From an uncultured Verrucomicrobiota bacterium (GTDB lineage: Bacteria; Verrucomicrobiota; Kiritimatiellia; RZYC01), in the NCBI GenBank assembly GCA_964490935.1, contig CAZBEO010000001.1, positions 20,742 to 84,741 on the forward strand: a stretch of DNA of 64,000 nt, given 5' to 3'. Position numbers and translations under genes: made by a program. The notes beneath the pieces are model-generated. The model ran no database searches and was not told where the DNA came from. It saw only the letters and a program-made list of their open reading frames with translations. Positions 54,946 through 63,560 of the stretch are shown here, piece after piece. The number at the start of each line of letters is the position of its first letter. The stretch's first letter is position 1.

Positions 54946-55536
54946 TCACTTTCGTGCAAGGTGAACCGGAATCGGCCCCTCGTGCGGGGCAAGGTCGCAA
55001 CACATGTTTTTGGCGATGCGGGCGGCCTTTTCATAACCATCCACCAGCTCGACCAGGCGAAGCGCAAAGAGAAACGAGGTTCCCGCCGCACGCGCGGTGA
55101 AGAAACCGTCATCCGCCGCAAACGGCTCATCCACCCACTGCGCGTCGGGCATATCCCGCTCAAGGCCCGGATAACAGGTACAACGACGCCCCGCAAGCAC
55201 CCCTGCATCGTAGAGCACTTTCGGCCCGGCGCAGATGGCCGCCAACCGTTTGCCCTGCTCGCTAAAATCCACAATCCACTCGCCCAGCAGCTCACTGCGG
55301 CACAAACGCTCCACGCCACCCGTACCGCCCGGGATGACGATCATGTCAAAGAGGTCACGGTCGAGGTCTCCTAGAAGACAGTCCGGCAGAAGCTGCGTAC
55401 CGCGTGCGGCAATGACCACACCATCGCGCAGGCCCGCCACCACCACATCCCATTCCGCCCGGCGCATTACATCCACGGCTATGACCGCTTCCATCTCTTC
55501 CACGCCATCCGCCAAAGGTACTACCACGTTGGTCAT
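54946..55536 (-). CDS. DJ-1/PfpI family protein
   Basis: ICAGP nucleophile elbow and the VIPGG motif. AGGAGG RBS. Confidence 0.75.
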   Translation of the reverse strand: MTNVVVPLADGVEEMEAVIAVDVMRRAEWDVVVAGLRDGVVIAARGTQLLPDCLLGDLDRDLFDMIVIPGGTGGVERLCRSELLGEWIVDFSEQGKRLAAICAGPKVLYDAGVLAGRRCTCYPGLERDMPDAQWVDEPFAADDGFFTARAAGTSFLFALRLVELVDGYEKAARIAKNMCCDLAPHEGPIPVHLARK

Positions 55537-56285
55537 GCGTTCCTCCTGTCCATGTGCCTGAGTTCACCCGAAACGGCGGCGACCTCCGCTTCGCTCAAGG
55601 GAAATTCGCCCGGCTCGATCAGTACGCGCTGCATCGCATCCGGGCCGCAAAGCATCACGCCGGCCACACCCTGCATTCCCCCTTCGAGCCGCCCTCCCGC
55701 AAAACAGATAATTGGACTGACCGGTACGCTCCGCCCGAGCTTCTCCGAAAGATGTTTTTGCAGCGTGCCGACCGACTGCTTCACCTGCTCCAGCGGAGAG
55801 CGGTCCGGACGTTTCCCGTCATACAGAATGTCCTGCCCGCTCACCGACATCGTGCCGGACCAGTTTTTTGTTTCCACCACGAAAACACCCGTCGGCCCCA
55901 CCACCACATGGTCCATATCCGATGCCGCCCCGCGCAACAGCAAACCGTGAAAAACCGTGAAAGTGGCCGGAAGCAGATACAGAGCACGCGCCACCTGCTC
56001 CTCCCCCTGCGCTCCCTTGAAATACGAGGCCAAACGCCTCTCTCCCGCATACAACACCAGCGCCAACCCGGCGCACAGAGCGACCAGCGCCAACCCGGCC
56101 GTCGAACGCGCCACATCCGGATACGGCAGTGCCGCCCGCAGAAAAAATCCCGCCAGAAACATAAACAAGAGCAGGGGAAACATGCCCCGCATGAAGCCGG
56201 TAAAGCGCGGACGCACACCCGGACTGCCCACCACTTCGGCGAACGTCACGCCGCCATCTGATTTCTTTGTTCGCGCCATACTCAT
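55533..56285 (-). CDS. NERD (nuclease-related domain) protein with N-terminal TM segment
   Basis: NERD core DHVVVGPTGVFVVETKNW. The stop overlaps the DJ-1 start by 4 nt. Confidence 0.6.
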   Translation of the reverse strand: MSMARTKKSDGGVTFAEVVGSPGVRPRFTGFMRGMFPLLLFMFLAGFFLRAALPYPDVARSTAGLALVALCAGLALVLYAGERRLASYFKGAQGEEQVARALYLLPATFTVFHGLLLRGAASDMDHVVVGPTGVFVVETKNWSGTMSVSGQDILYDGKRPDRSPLEQVKQSVGTLQKHLSEKLGRSVPVSPIICFAGGRLEGGMQGVAGVMLCGPDAMQRVLIEPGEFPLSEAEVAAVSGELRHMDRRNA

Positions 56286-56380
56286 CGACCTCCCGCACCG
56301 GTTATCCAATCAATGTGTTTACTTTTCAACTAAAACCTCATAAATTTCCAGTCCGTTCACCCGTAAAAGAGAGGTGCCTT

Positions 56381-56608
56381 ATGAACCCTTGTTTAGCCTT
56401 TGGTCAGCCCGGTTGGCTGGAAATACTCCTGGTCCTGCTGATTGCCCTGCTCCTGTTCGGCTCGAAAAAACTACCCGATCTCGCGCGCGCCCTCGGGAAA
56501 AGCCTCAGTGAATTCAAGCGCGGCAAGGATGAAGTCGTCCGGGAACTCACCCAAAGCGACGGGCCGGGGGAAAAAGAGAAAGAGGACGAACCCACAAAGC
56601 CACTCTAA
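56381..56608 (+). CDS. tatA: twin-arginine translocase subunit TatA/E
   Basis: WLEILLVLLIALLLFGSKKLPDLARALGKSLSEFKRG signature. RBS AGAGAGG. Confidence 0.75.
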   Translation: MNPCLAFGQPGWLEILLVLLIALLLFGSKKLPDLARALGKSLSEFKRGKDEVVRELTQSDGPGEKEKEDEPTKPL

Positions 56609-56634
56609 GGGCCTTGGAGCCCTTTTGTTTCACT

Positions 56635-56659
56635 GGAGGGCGAGCGTCCACGCGAGCCG
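56635..56659 (+). repeat. GGAGGGCGAGCGTCCACGCGAGCCG REP-like motif copy
   Basis: Intergenic, between the tatA and receiver-GHKL genes. Confidence 0.5.
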
Positions 56660-56693
56660 CTTCAGCCGACGGATTTCCGTCCGGCCAGGAAAC

Positions 56694-57578
56694 TCAACTC
56701 AACTGCTTGCGCACACAGACCACATTGCCCCGATCACGATATTCCACATGATCGAAAATCATCCGACTCAGAAAGATGCCGCGTCCGCAGGGTTTGTAAA
56801 ACGACTCCGGCGCCAGCGGACTCGGGACATCCCGCCAGTTGAACCCCTCGCCTTCGTCCCGAAGAATCCATTCACAGAACTTCCCCCGGACGCCGTGGTA
56901 TTCAATCGTCACCAAGCGGCGTGCCCGGTTGTCATCCGACAAACGCTCCTCGTGAATTAGGCGCAATCCATCCGACTCGTACAACGCCTTTTCCTTTTCC
57001 TGCTGCGTGATACCCAAATTGCCGTGCTCAATGGAGTTACTCAGCAATTCATCCAGTCCGAGAATGAGGTCCAGCCGTTCCTTTTCAGTAAAAACGATTT
57101 TAGTTTGAGCCACCAGATACTGAGCCGTCCGAGTGGTGGCCTCGATACGATTGTCCACCTGCATAATCAGCGAACGCTCGAGCACCATGCGGCTCAACTC
57201 GTGCCCTCCGTCGCGCTCAGAAATCACAATGGCATATTTGTGCAACAATTGCAGAAGCTGCTTGTCCGACACCGGTTTCTGAAGGAAGTTGTTTGCGCCC
57301 GCGTTAAGTGCCCGCGAGGCCGCCTCCGCCGAGCCTTCCCCCGTAATGATGATCACCACCACATCCTTGTTTTTCTCGCGTATATTCTGCAGAAGGGTGA
57401 TGCCGTCCATCCGAGGCATTTGAACGTCAGTAATCACCAGGTCGGGGCATTCGCGTTCGAACAGTTCAAGGGCCTCGGCACCATCTCGCGCCGCAATCCA
57501 TTGGTACCCTTGCTTCTGAACCACGGCGGTCAGGTAGGTGCGGGCCGTGCTGTTATCCTCTGCGATCAGTATTTTCAT
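56694..57578 (-). CDS. response-regulator receiver fused to GHKL-type ATPase/serine-kinase-like domain (RsbW/SpoIIAB-like)
   Basis: KILIAEDN and DLVITDVQMPRMDG receiver motifs. C-terminal region with an anti-sigma-kinase-like ELLSNSIEHG N-box. Confidence 0.6.
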   Translation of the reverse strand: MKILIAEDNSTARTYLTAVVQKQGYQWIAARDGAEALELFERECPDLVITDVQMPRMDGITLLQNIREKNKDVVVIIITGEGSAEAASRALNAGANNFLQKPVSDKQLLQLLHKYAIVISERDGGHELSRMVLERSLIMQVDNRIEATTRTAQYLVAQTKIVFTEKERLDLILGLDELLSNSIEHGNLGITQQEKEKALYESDGLRLIHEERLSDDNRARRLVTIEYHGVRGKFCEWILRDEGEGFNWRDVPSPLAPESFYKPCGRGIFLSRMIFDHVEYRDRGNVVCVRKQLS

Positions 57579-57767
57579 AGGCCAATCAGTCTGCCTTCCA
57601 TGCGACGACAGGATAAAACGAACTTGTTCAAGCGACATAAAGAGTAGATAAATCAGCTTGACGAATCAACCCTTCGTTCTGATAAAAAAACGCTCAACCC
57701 ATCGGTAAATGAAGACTGGCTGTGGAGACGCACTGCGCATCCAACGCCGCACAAAAAGGAAAAGACC

Positions 57768-59648
57768 ATGTCGGAAGAAAAAAAAGAATTCAAAGCGGAA
57801 CTCAAACAGGTGATGGACATCATCATTCACTCCCTCTACTCCCACCGGGAAATCTTTCTGCGCGAACTGATTAGCAATGCCTGTGATGCCATTGACCGCC
57901 TGCGGTTTGATGCCATTCAGCAACCCGAACTCACCGGCGAGGATGCCGACTGGAGCATCCGCGTCATCGCCGATAAACAGCACGGCACCCTAACCATCGC
58001 CGATAACGGCAAAGGCATGACCCGCGAGGAAATGGACGATAACCTCGGCACCATCGCCCGCTCCGGCACCAAAAACTTCCTGCAGCAACTGAAAGAGCAG
58101 AACGCCGAAAATCGCCCCGAACTGATTGGCCAATTCGGCGTTGGCTTTTATTCCGCTTTTATGGCGGCTGATCACGTCACCGTACTCAGCCGCGCCGCCG
58201 GACAAGAGGCCGCCACCCGCTGGACCTGCGCTGGCGGAGAAGGCTACACGCTGGAAGACGCCGAAAAATCCGGACGCGGAACCGTAATCACCCTCCACCT
58301 CCGCGACGACGCCAAAGAATTTCTCGATGAATGGCGCATCCGCGAACTCGTGAAGAAGTATTCCGATTTTATTGAATATCCCATTTCACTCGAACTCGTG
58401 GATGAAAAGGGCGACTCTCCGGCCATCACCAACCCGGTGATGAATGCCATGAAGGCCATCTGGATTCGCTCGAAGTCCGACGTGACGGAAGATGAATACA
58501 ACGAATTCTACAAAGCCATCTCGCACGACTTCCAAAACCCAGCGCGCATCATTCATTATGCCGCAGAAGGCACCATGGAATTCAAGGCCCTCCTCTTCCT
58601 CCCCAGCCAGCGTCCCTTTGACTTCTTCTTTGGCGACACCAAAACCGGACCCGCACTCTACATCCAGCGCGTACAGATTATGGATCACTGCGAAAAGCTG
58701 TTGCCCCGCTACCTGCGTTTTGTCAAAGGCGTGGTGGACTCCTCCGACCTCCCCCTCAACGTCTCGCGCGAAATGGTGCAGCATAGCGCCGTCCTCGCCA
58801 AAATTCAGAAAAACCTCGTCAGCAAGGTCCTCTCCGAACTGGCTGAAATGAAAACCAAAAACTACGAAGACTACGTCAAATTCTTCAAGGAATTCGGCGA
58901 CGTACTCAAAGAGGGCGTCCACGAAGATTTTGCCAACCGCGAAAAAATCGCTGACCTGCTGCTCTTTCACTCCACCACGGCAGACAAACCGGACCAGTAT
59001 GTCACCCTGGAACAATACCTCTCCACCCTCGGCGAAGACCGCAAAGAAATCTATTACCTTTGCGGAGAACACCTCGCCGCGCTTGCCGCATCGCCCTACG
59101 TGGAAACCTTCAAAGCCAAAGGCGAAGAAGTCCTCCTCCTCACCTCGCCCGTCGACGAATGGATGATCGACGCCCTACGTGAATACAAAGGCAAAACCTT
59201 CAAAGCTGTAGACCGGGGCGAAGCCCAAATCGGCGAAGAGGAAAAAGAGGCCCTCAAACAAAATCAGGAACACTTTGCAAGCCTGCTCCAATTCCTCAAA
59301 GACAAGCTGGATACCCTCAAAGAGGTCCGCCTTTCCGCACGCCTGAAAAACAGCGCCGCCTGCCTGGTGGTGGATGAGCAAGGCATGAGCGCTCAAATGG
59401 AGCGGATGATGCGCAAAATGGGACAAGAAGTCCCTGCTGCCGAGCGAATACTGGAACTCAATCCCGAGCATCCCGCCGTCAAAACCATGCTTGAACTATA
59501 TGAAAAAGACCGCAAAGACGAACGGGTCGAGCTGTATGGACGACTCTTCTACGATGAAGCCATCATCGCCGAAGGCTCACGGTTGGAAGACCCCGCCGCC
59601 TTTGCCGAACGCATCAACCGCCTGATCGCCCGGCCCGCGAATGCCTGA
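57768..59648 (+). CDS. htpG: molecular chaperone HtpG (Hsp90)
   Basis: N-terminal YSHREIFLRELISNACDA Hsp90 ATPase signature, through to the C-terminal dimerisation domain. Confidence 0.9.
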   Translation: MSEEKKEFKAELKQVMDIIIHSLYSHREIFLRELISNACDAIDRLRFDAIQQPELTGEDADWSIRVIADKQHGTLTIADNGKGMTREEMDDNLGTIARSGTKNFLQQLKEQNAENRPELIGQFGVGFYSAFMAADHVTVLSRAAGQEAATRWTCAGGEGYTLEDAEKSGRGTVITLHLRDDAKEFLDEWRIRELVKKYSDFIEYPISLELVDEKGDSPAITNPVMNAMKAIWIRSKSDVTEDEYNEFYKAISHDFQNPARIIHYAAEGTMEFKALLFLPSQRPFDFFFGDTKTGPALYIQRVQIMDHCEKLLPRYLRFVKGVVDSSDLPLNVSREMVQHSAVLAKIQKNLVSKVLSELAEMKTKNYEDYVKFFKEFGDVLKEGVHEDFANREKIADLLLFHSTTADKPDQYVTLEQYLSTLGEDRKEIYYLCGEHLAALAASPYVETFKAKGEEVLLLTSPVDEWMIDALREYKGKTFKAVDRGEAQIGEEEKEALKQNQEHFASLLQFLKDKLDTLKEVRLSARLKNSAACLVVDEQGMSAQMERMMRKMGQEVPAAERILELNPEHPAVKTMLELYEKDRKDERVELYGRLFYDEAIIAEGSRLEDPAAFAERINRLIARPANA

Positions 59649-59782
59649 GAATTCACGCAAATTAGCTTATTTTCAGCGGCCACCGGCAAAATGATGTTAG
59701 AACGCATGATCGGCCAAGGCCGCGCCGATCGCGGGGAACCATTGGTCCGGCGTATGGCGGAGTTTTGTGAAGTGGTGATCTT

Positions 59783-59902
59783 TTAGCAGGCACACTTCGA
59801 CTCCCCGGAATTGTGTTGAATGAGACGGTGATCAATATCCTCCGACAGGCCAATATATTTGCGCCCCGTCGCATTTTGAAGGATATACACTTGGTAATTC
59901 AT
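59783..59902 (-). pseudogene. truncated N-terminal fragment (39 codons) of a GIY-YIG gene, inside direct-repeat copy 1
   Basis: Identical to the first 36 codons of the 59989..60243 gene, followed by a premature stop. Confidence 0.45.
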
Positions 59903-59915
59903 AGATAAAAAAAGG
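59793..59915. repeat. 123-bp perfect direct repeat, copy 1 (copy 2 at 60134..60256)
   Basis: Identical base-for-base by eye; contains the GIY-YIG start and N-terminal coding region. Confidence 0.7.
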
Positions 59916-59942
59916 CCGGAACATGCGTTCCGGCCCTCAAGT

Positions 59943-59990
59943 TGGTAGCGGGGGTTGGATTCGAACCAACGGTCCCGCAGATGCGGGATT
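59943..59990 (-). other. partial tRNA-Met-like 3' half (anticodon loop CTCATAA + identical T-arm/acceptor/CCA) without a matching 5' half
   Basis: 28 nt identical to the 3' end of the tRNA at 60562..60637, plus an identical anticodon loop. The 5' region is GIY-YIG coding sequence. It is followed by the same terminator hairpin. Confidence 0.45.
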
Positions 59991-60243
59991 ATGAGCCGGG
60001 AGAAAGGCCTGTCAGTCGATATAATCCTGACCCACCTTTTTGCCGTTTTAAGAGATTTTCAAGCTTTCGGGCTTCGGTCAGGGTCAAGGGCGAAGAGGAC
60101 CAAATCAACGTCCAGGGGCCCTTTCCGCGAGTCCACTTCGACTCCCCGGAATTGTGTTGAATGAGACGGTGATCAATATCCTCCGACAGGCCAATATATT
60201 TGCGCCCCGTCGCATTTTGAAGGATATACACTTGGTAATTCAT
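59989..60243 (-). CDS. small GIY-YIG nuclease-superfamily protein (UPF0213/YhbQ-like)
   Basis: YQVYILQNATGRKYIGLSEDIDHRLIQHNSG...KWTRGKGPW motifs. Its stop codon lies in the anticodon-loop-like CTCATAA of the partial tRNA. Confidence 0.65.
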   Translation of the reverse strand: MNYQVYILQNATGRKYIGLSEDIDHRLIQHNSGESKWTRGKGPWTLIWSSSPLTLTEARKLENLLKRQKGGSGLYRLTGLSPGS

Positions 60244-60256
60244 AGATAAAAAAAGG
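60134..60256. repeat. 123-bp perfect direct repeat, copy 2
   Basis: Identical to 59793..59915. Confidence 0.7.
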
Positions 60257-60317
60257 TTCTTCCGGGTTTTTCGTGAAATCTGTACCTATCACGGACGCGA
60301 AAAGAATCTGAATATAC

Positions 60318-60342
60318 CGGCTCGCGGGGACTCTCGCCCTCC
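60318..60342 (-). repeat. inverted REP-like motif copy (CGGCTCGCGGGGACTCTCGCCCTCC)
   Basis: Reverse complement of the motif family. It could pair with the copy at 60436..60460 to form a long hairpin. Confidence 0.5.
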
Positions 60343-60435
60343 AAGTCTTGGATTTGATAGCATTAATATCCTATTCATCAACAACATGTTAAACAATTAA
60401 TAGCAAACTTGGCCTGTAATGCCCTGCAATTATGT

Positions 60436-60460
60436 GGAGGGCGAGCGTCCTCGCGAGCCG
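60436..60460 (+). repeat. GGAGGGCGAGCGTCCTCGCGAGCCG REP-like motif copy
   Basis: Sits in the tRNA-GIY-YIG spacer. Confidence 0.5.
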
Positions 60461-60523
60461 TAGAACATCAATCTTTAGAAATAGCTCAAAATGGCAGAAT
60501 GCTCACGAAATTCCCGGAAGAAC

Positions 60524-60554
60524 CTAAAAAAAGGCCGGAACATGCGTTCCGGCC
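60524..60554 (-). terminator. Rho-independent terminator downstream of tRNA-Met (GGCCGGAAC-loop-GTTCCGGCC + T7 on the minus strand)
   Basis: Hairpin plus U-run, seen directly in the sequence. An identical copy at 59905..59937 follows the partial tRNA. Confidence 0.6.
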
Positions 60555-60561
60555 CTCAAGT

Positions 60562-60637
60562 TGGTAGCGGGGGTTGGATTCGAACCAACGGCCTTCAGGT
60601 TATGAGCCTGACGAGCTACCAGGCTGCTCCACCCCGC
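60562..60637 (-). tRNA. tRNA-Met (anticodon CAT); D-arm and overall sequence resemble initiator tRNA-fMet
   Basis: The reverse complement, GCGGGGTGGAGCAGCCTGGTAGCTCGTCAGGCTCATAACCTGAAGGCCGTTGGTTCGAATCCAACCCCCGCTACCA, folds as a cloverleaf with an encoded CCA. It is nearly identical to E. coli tRNA-fMet across the D-arm and acceptor. Confidence 0.85.
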
Positions 60638-60710
60638 AGTCATTTCGTCTCGAATGGGGGGCAATATGACGCCCCTTCTTCTGCTTTGCAACCCCTTTTT
60701 TAACCTTTCT

Positions 60711-63560
60711 TTAATTCACCGGTTCGGCCTGCCCAAATCCCCAAGGCTGGGTGCGCGGGGTTTGGGTGGCGCTTTGCCAGATATACCATAGGCCGAGTTC
60801 AGGCGCATAGACGGTGCGATCGTATTTCCCGTCGCCATCGAAATCCGCCGGGACGGCATACGCGTCACTCCAGCCCCAATACTCGCTGCTCGTGGTCTGC
60901 GTGGCCGAGAGCCAGGCGCGCCACAAGCCGGTTTCCGGCGCGTAGACGGCCACATCGGCAAGACCGTCACCATCGTAATCGCCCGGCATGGCAACCGCCT
61001 GGTTGTTACCCCATGCCTGCGAACGTCCGGTTTGGGTGGCGCTCTGCCAGATCAGCCACGTACCGCTTTCCGGTACGTAGACGGCGATGTCCGTGAGTCC
61101 ATCGCCATCGTAATCGTCCGGCACGGGTCCGGCTTCATTCCAGCCCCAAGCCTGCACGCGCATCGTCTGGGTGGCGCTCTGCCAGATCAACCATGTGCCG
61201 CTTTCCGGGACATACACGGCAATGTCCGTAATACCGTCGCCATCATAATCGCCCGGCACGGGGAACGCCTCGGCCCATCCCCAAGCCTGTACGCGCGCGG
61301 TCTGCGTCGCGCTCTGCCAGATTAGCCAGGTGCCGCTTTCCGGCGCATACACGGCCACGTCATAGAGGCCATCGCCATCGAAGTCGCCCGTCACCGGATA
61401 GGCATCGCTCCAGCCCCATGCCTGGAAGCGTCCGGTCTGTGAGCTGGATTGCAGGATGCTCCACGCGCCGCCTTCTGCGTAGTAGACGGCGATATCGGCG
61501 ATGGTGTCGCCATCGTAATCGAGATAAGCGGCAGGCATCCGCATCGAAGCCTCTATGGAGGCGTCGCCGTTGTCCGCTCCATAGAATGCGCGGACCGTGT
61601 AGTAGAACGTCTGACTGTTCGTGAGGGAGGTATCGGTCCAGGAGGAGGCACCCTGAGCGGCCTCGCCCACGAATACGCCTGTCCCGCCCGGTGTGGCCGA
61701 GCGATAGATCAGGAAGCCCTTTTCGCCGCCGATCGGGGCCCAGCCGATGCGTATCGCGCGTCCCGCGCGCGTGGTCGTCAAATTCGTCAGCGCCAGGGGA
61801 TATTCATAAGCGCCCATATCCACGGCGGCACCAATGATACGACTGTTTCCGAATACATCGTTGGTACTGGCCATCCAGCTTTCGTTGGTTCCCGCATTGA
61901 TGCAGGGGGATTCGATCTGAAGCCTTGGATCGGAGTCACTCACGAATAGCGGATCGTTGGTGATGCAATGCACAAAATCCACCTGACTCGGACGAGTGCA
62001 GCAGTAGGCCATATCCACGGCGGCGCCTTCGAAGGCGTACTCGGAAACCCCCTCGTCGTCGACATTGCCGTAGATGATGGAGTTACGGATGACGGCATCC
62101 GCTCCCACGTAAAGTCCGGCATTGGTGGTTGCCGAATTGAAGGCCACCGTGCAACTGAGAAGAGAGGCTTGGGTTTCCCCTTCCTCCGAAGGAACGATGG
62201 CCACACCACCGGCCTGACCCTCGGCTTGGTTATCGGTAATGAGCGTATTTCGGACTTCAGCATCGCCTTCCAATTGAACGCCGCCGACGTCGCCCTCGCT
62301 ATAGTTTTCAACGACATAGCTGTTGATCATCCGCCCGCCGTTCACCCAAACGCCGCCGACTTTTCCGGTATGGACCACGCTGTCTACCGTTTCGCTGGTG
62401 GCTTGGTTGAAGACCATGTAGCAGGTGTCAAGGAGCCCATAGCCCTGCACATACGCGCCTCCCGCAGAGTTGGCCGTGTTAAGTAGAAGATAGGTGTTGC
62501 GCAGGATTCCCCCATCGGCGAGAAACACCCCTCCGGCGCGACCATACGGCTCCACCCCGAAGGCATAATTTCCATAGATAAAGCATTGTTGGAGCAGTCC
62601 GCCACCGTTGAGCCACGCGCCGCCGCCGGAAAGCGCCGTCCCTTGGAACAGGATGCTGCCGTTCAGCGTGCCACCGTGCTCGAAGTAAGCACCGGCGCCA
62701 CGGCGGGCGGTGTTTCCGTATACCGAGCATTCCTCGGACGTTCCATCCTGATTGAAATACAATCCGCCGCCGTCTCCAAGCGCGATGTTTTCGTGCAGAT
62801 CGCAATCGCTCGCGAGGGCGCTGTTTTCCAGGCCGAGGCCGGCGGCATCTCCATCGGATTCGTTGCCGATAAACTCGCAACGGCTGATACGCGAAGAACC
62901 TGCCGCGCGACCTCCGGCATAGGACCCCGCCCGGTTACTGATGATGCTGGCATCGGTCAGCAAGGCCTTTCCGCCCATGTTGACGCCGCCGTACCTATTG
63001 GACGCCGTGTTTCCGGAAATAGTCACATTACTGACGGTTCCGGCGAGCAATTCGAGCCCCGCGGAATAATAGTCGGCGCCGCCGGTCAGCGTGAAGGTGT
63101 GCACGAAGGCATTGCTGTGATCCACGTTCATCACGCGACAAACACCTTGTCCATTCAGGATCACATTTTCCTTGGCAGGCACGCCGTTCAGGGTCATCCG
63201 TTTGAGGACGGTCACCGGCGCGGTCAGGTTGTAGGTTCCGGGGCCGACCAGCGTGGTACCGCCCACGGCGCAGGCGTCAATCGCGTCTTGGACGTTGGTG
63301 GCGGCATCAAACCAGTTCGTGAACGGAGTAACATGCAGTCCGCTCGGTGAGACGTAATTGATAAAGCCCGACTCCACCACCCGTACGGTGCCGTGGCGGA
63401 GGCCACACCGCCCAGATTCGAGGCCGTCAGCACCACCGGATAGAGACCCGGCGCACTCCAAGAAGCCGTGATGAAGGTTTGGTCGGTGTAGGTATTCGTG
63501 ACGCCCACCCCGGTAACAGTCCAAACCAGACTGGCAGGCTTGCCGAACAGGGAAGCCCAC
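60711..63560 (-). CDS. C-terminal ~890 aa of a giant secreted protein: right-handed beta-helix region, FN3 domain, six FG-GAP-like repeats (frame A downstream of a frameshift)
   Basis: Beta-helix repeats with NxxGGG-type turns. FN3 segment (GWAPIGGEKGFLIYRSATPGG...FYYTVRAFYG). Repeats of the form GDYDGDGxxDxAVY...WxxWQSATQT. The first ~55 residues of this ORF look non-native. Confidence 0.6.
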   Translation of the reverse strand: MGFPVRQACQSGLDCYRGGRHEYLHRPNLHHGFLECAGSLSGGADGLESGRCGLRHGTVRVVESGFINYVSPSGLHVTPFTNWFDAATNVQDAIDACAVGGTTLVGPGTYNLTAPVTVLKRMTLNGVPAKENVILNGQGVCRVMNVDHSNAFVHTFTLTGGADYYSAGLELLAGTVSNVTISGNTASNRYGGVNMGGKALLTDASIISNRAGSYAGGRAAGSSRISRCEFIGNESDGDAAGLGLENSALASDCDLHENIALGDGGGLYFNQDGTSEECSVYGNTARRGAGAYFEHGGTLNGSILFQGTALSGGGAWLNGGGLLQQCFIYGNYAFGVEPYGRAGGVFLADGGILRNTYLLLNTANSAGGAYVQGYGLLDTCYMVFNQATSETVDSVVHTGKVGGVWVNGGRMINSYVVENYSEGDVGGVQLEGDAEVRNTLITDNQAEGQAGGVAIVPSEEGETQASLLSCTVAFNSATTNAGLYVGADAVIRNSIIYGNVDDEGVSEYAFEGAAVDMAYCCTRPSQVDFVHCITNDPLFVSDSDPRLQIESPCINAGTNESWMASTNDVFGNSRIIGAAVDMGAYEYPLALTNLTTTRAGRAIRIGWAPIGGEKGFLIYRSATPGGTGVFVGEAAQGASSWTDTSLTNSQTFYYTVRAFYGADNGDASIEASMRMPAAYLDYDGDTIADIAVYYAEGGAWSILQSSSQTGRFQAWGWSDAYPVTGDFDGDGLYDVAVYAPESGTWLIWQSATQTARVQAWGWAEAFPVPGDYDGDGITDIAVYVPESGTWLIWQSATQTMRVQAWGWNEAGPVPDDYDGDGLTDIAVYVPESGTWLIWQSATQTGRSQAWGNNQAVAMPGDYDGDGLADVAVYAPETGLWRAWLSATQTTSSEYWGWSDAYAVPADFDGDGKYDRTVYAPELGLWYIWQSATQTPRTQPWGFGQAEPVN

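Noticed and set aside
54342-55100. 252-aa plus-strand ORF across the YcxB/DJ-1 region
   Set aside because: The minus-strand genes have an RBS and recognisable families. The plus-strand translation is low-complexity.
59943-60040. Second complete tRNA (or tmRNA) downstream of the GIY-YIG gene
   Set aside because: Only the anticodon loop and 3' T-arm/acceptor match. No acceptable 5' acceptor strand, D-arm or anticodon stem can be formed, and no tmRNA tag reading frame is present.
60491-60703. 70-aa plus-strand ORF
   Set aside because: It overlaps the minus-strand tRNA-Met and its terminator. No RBS.
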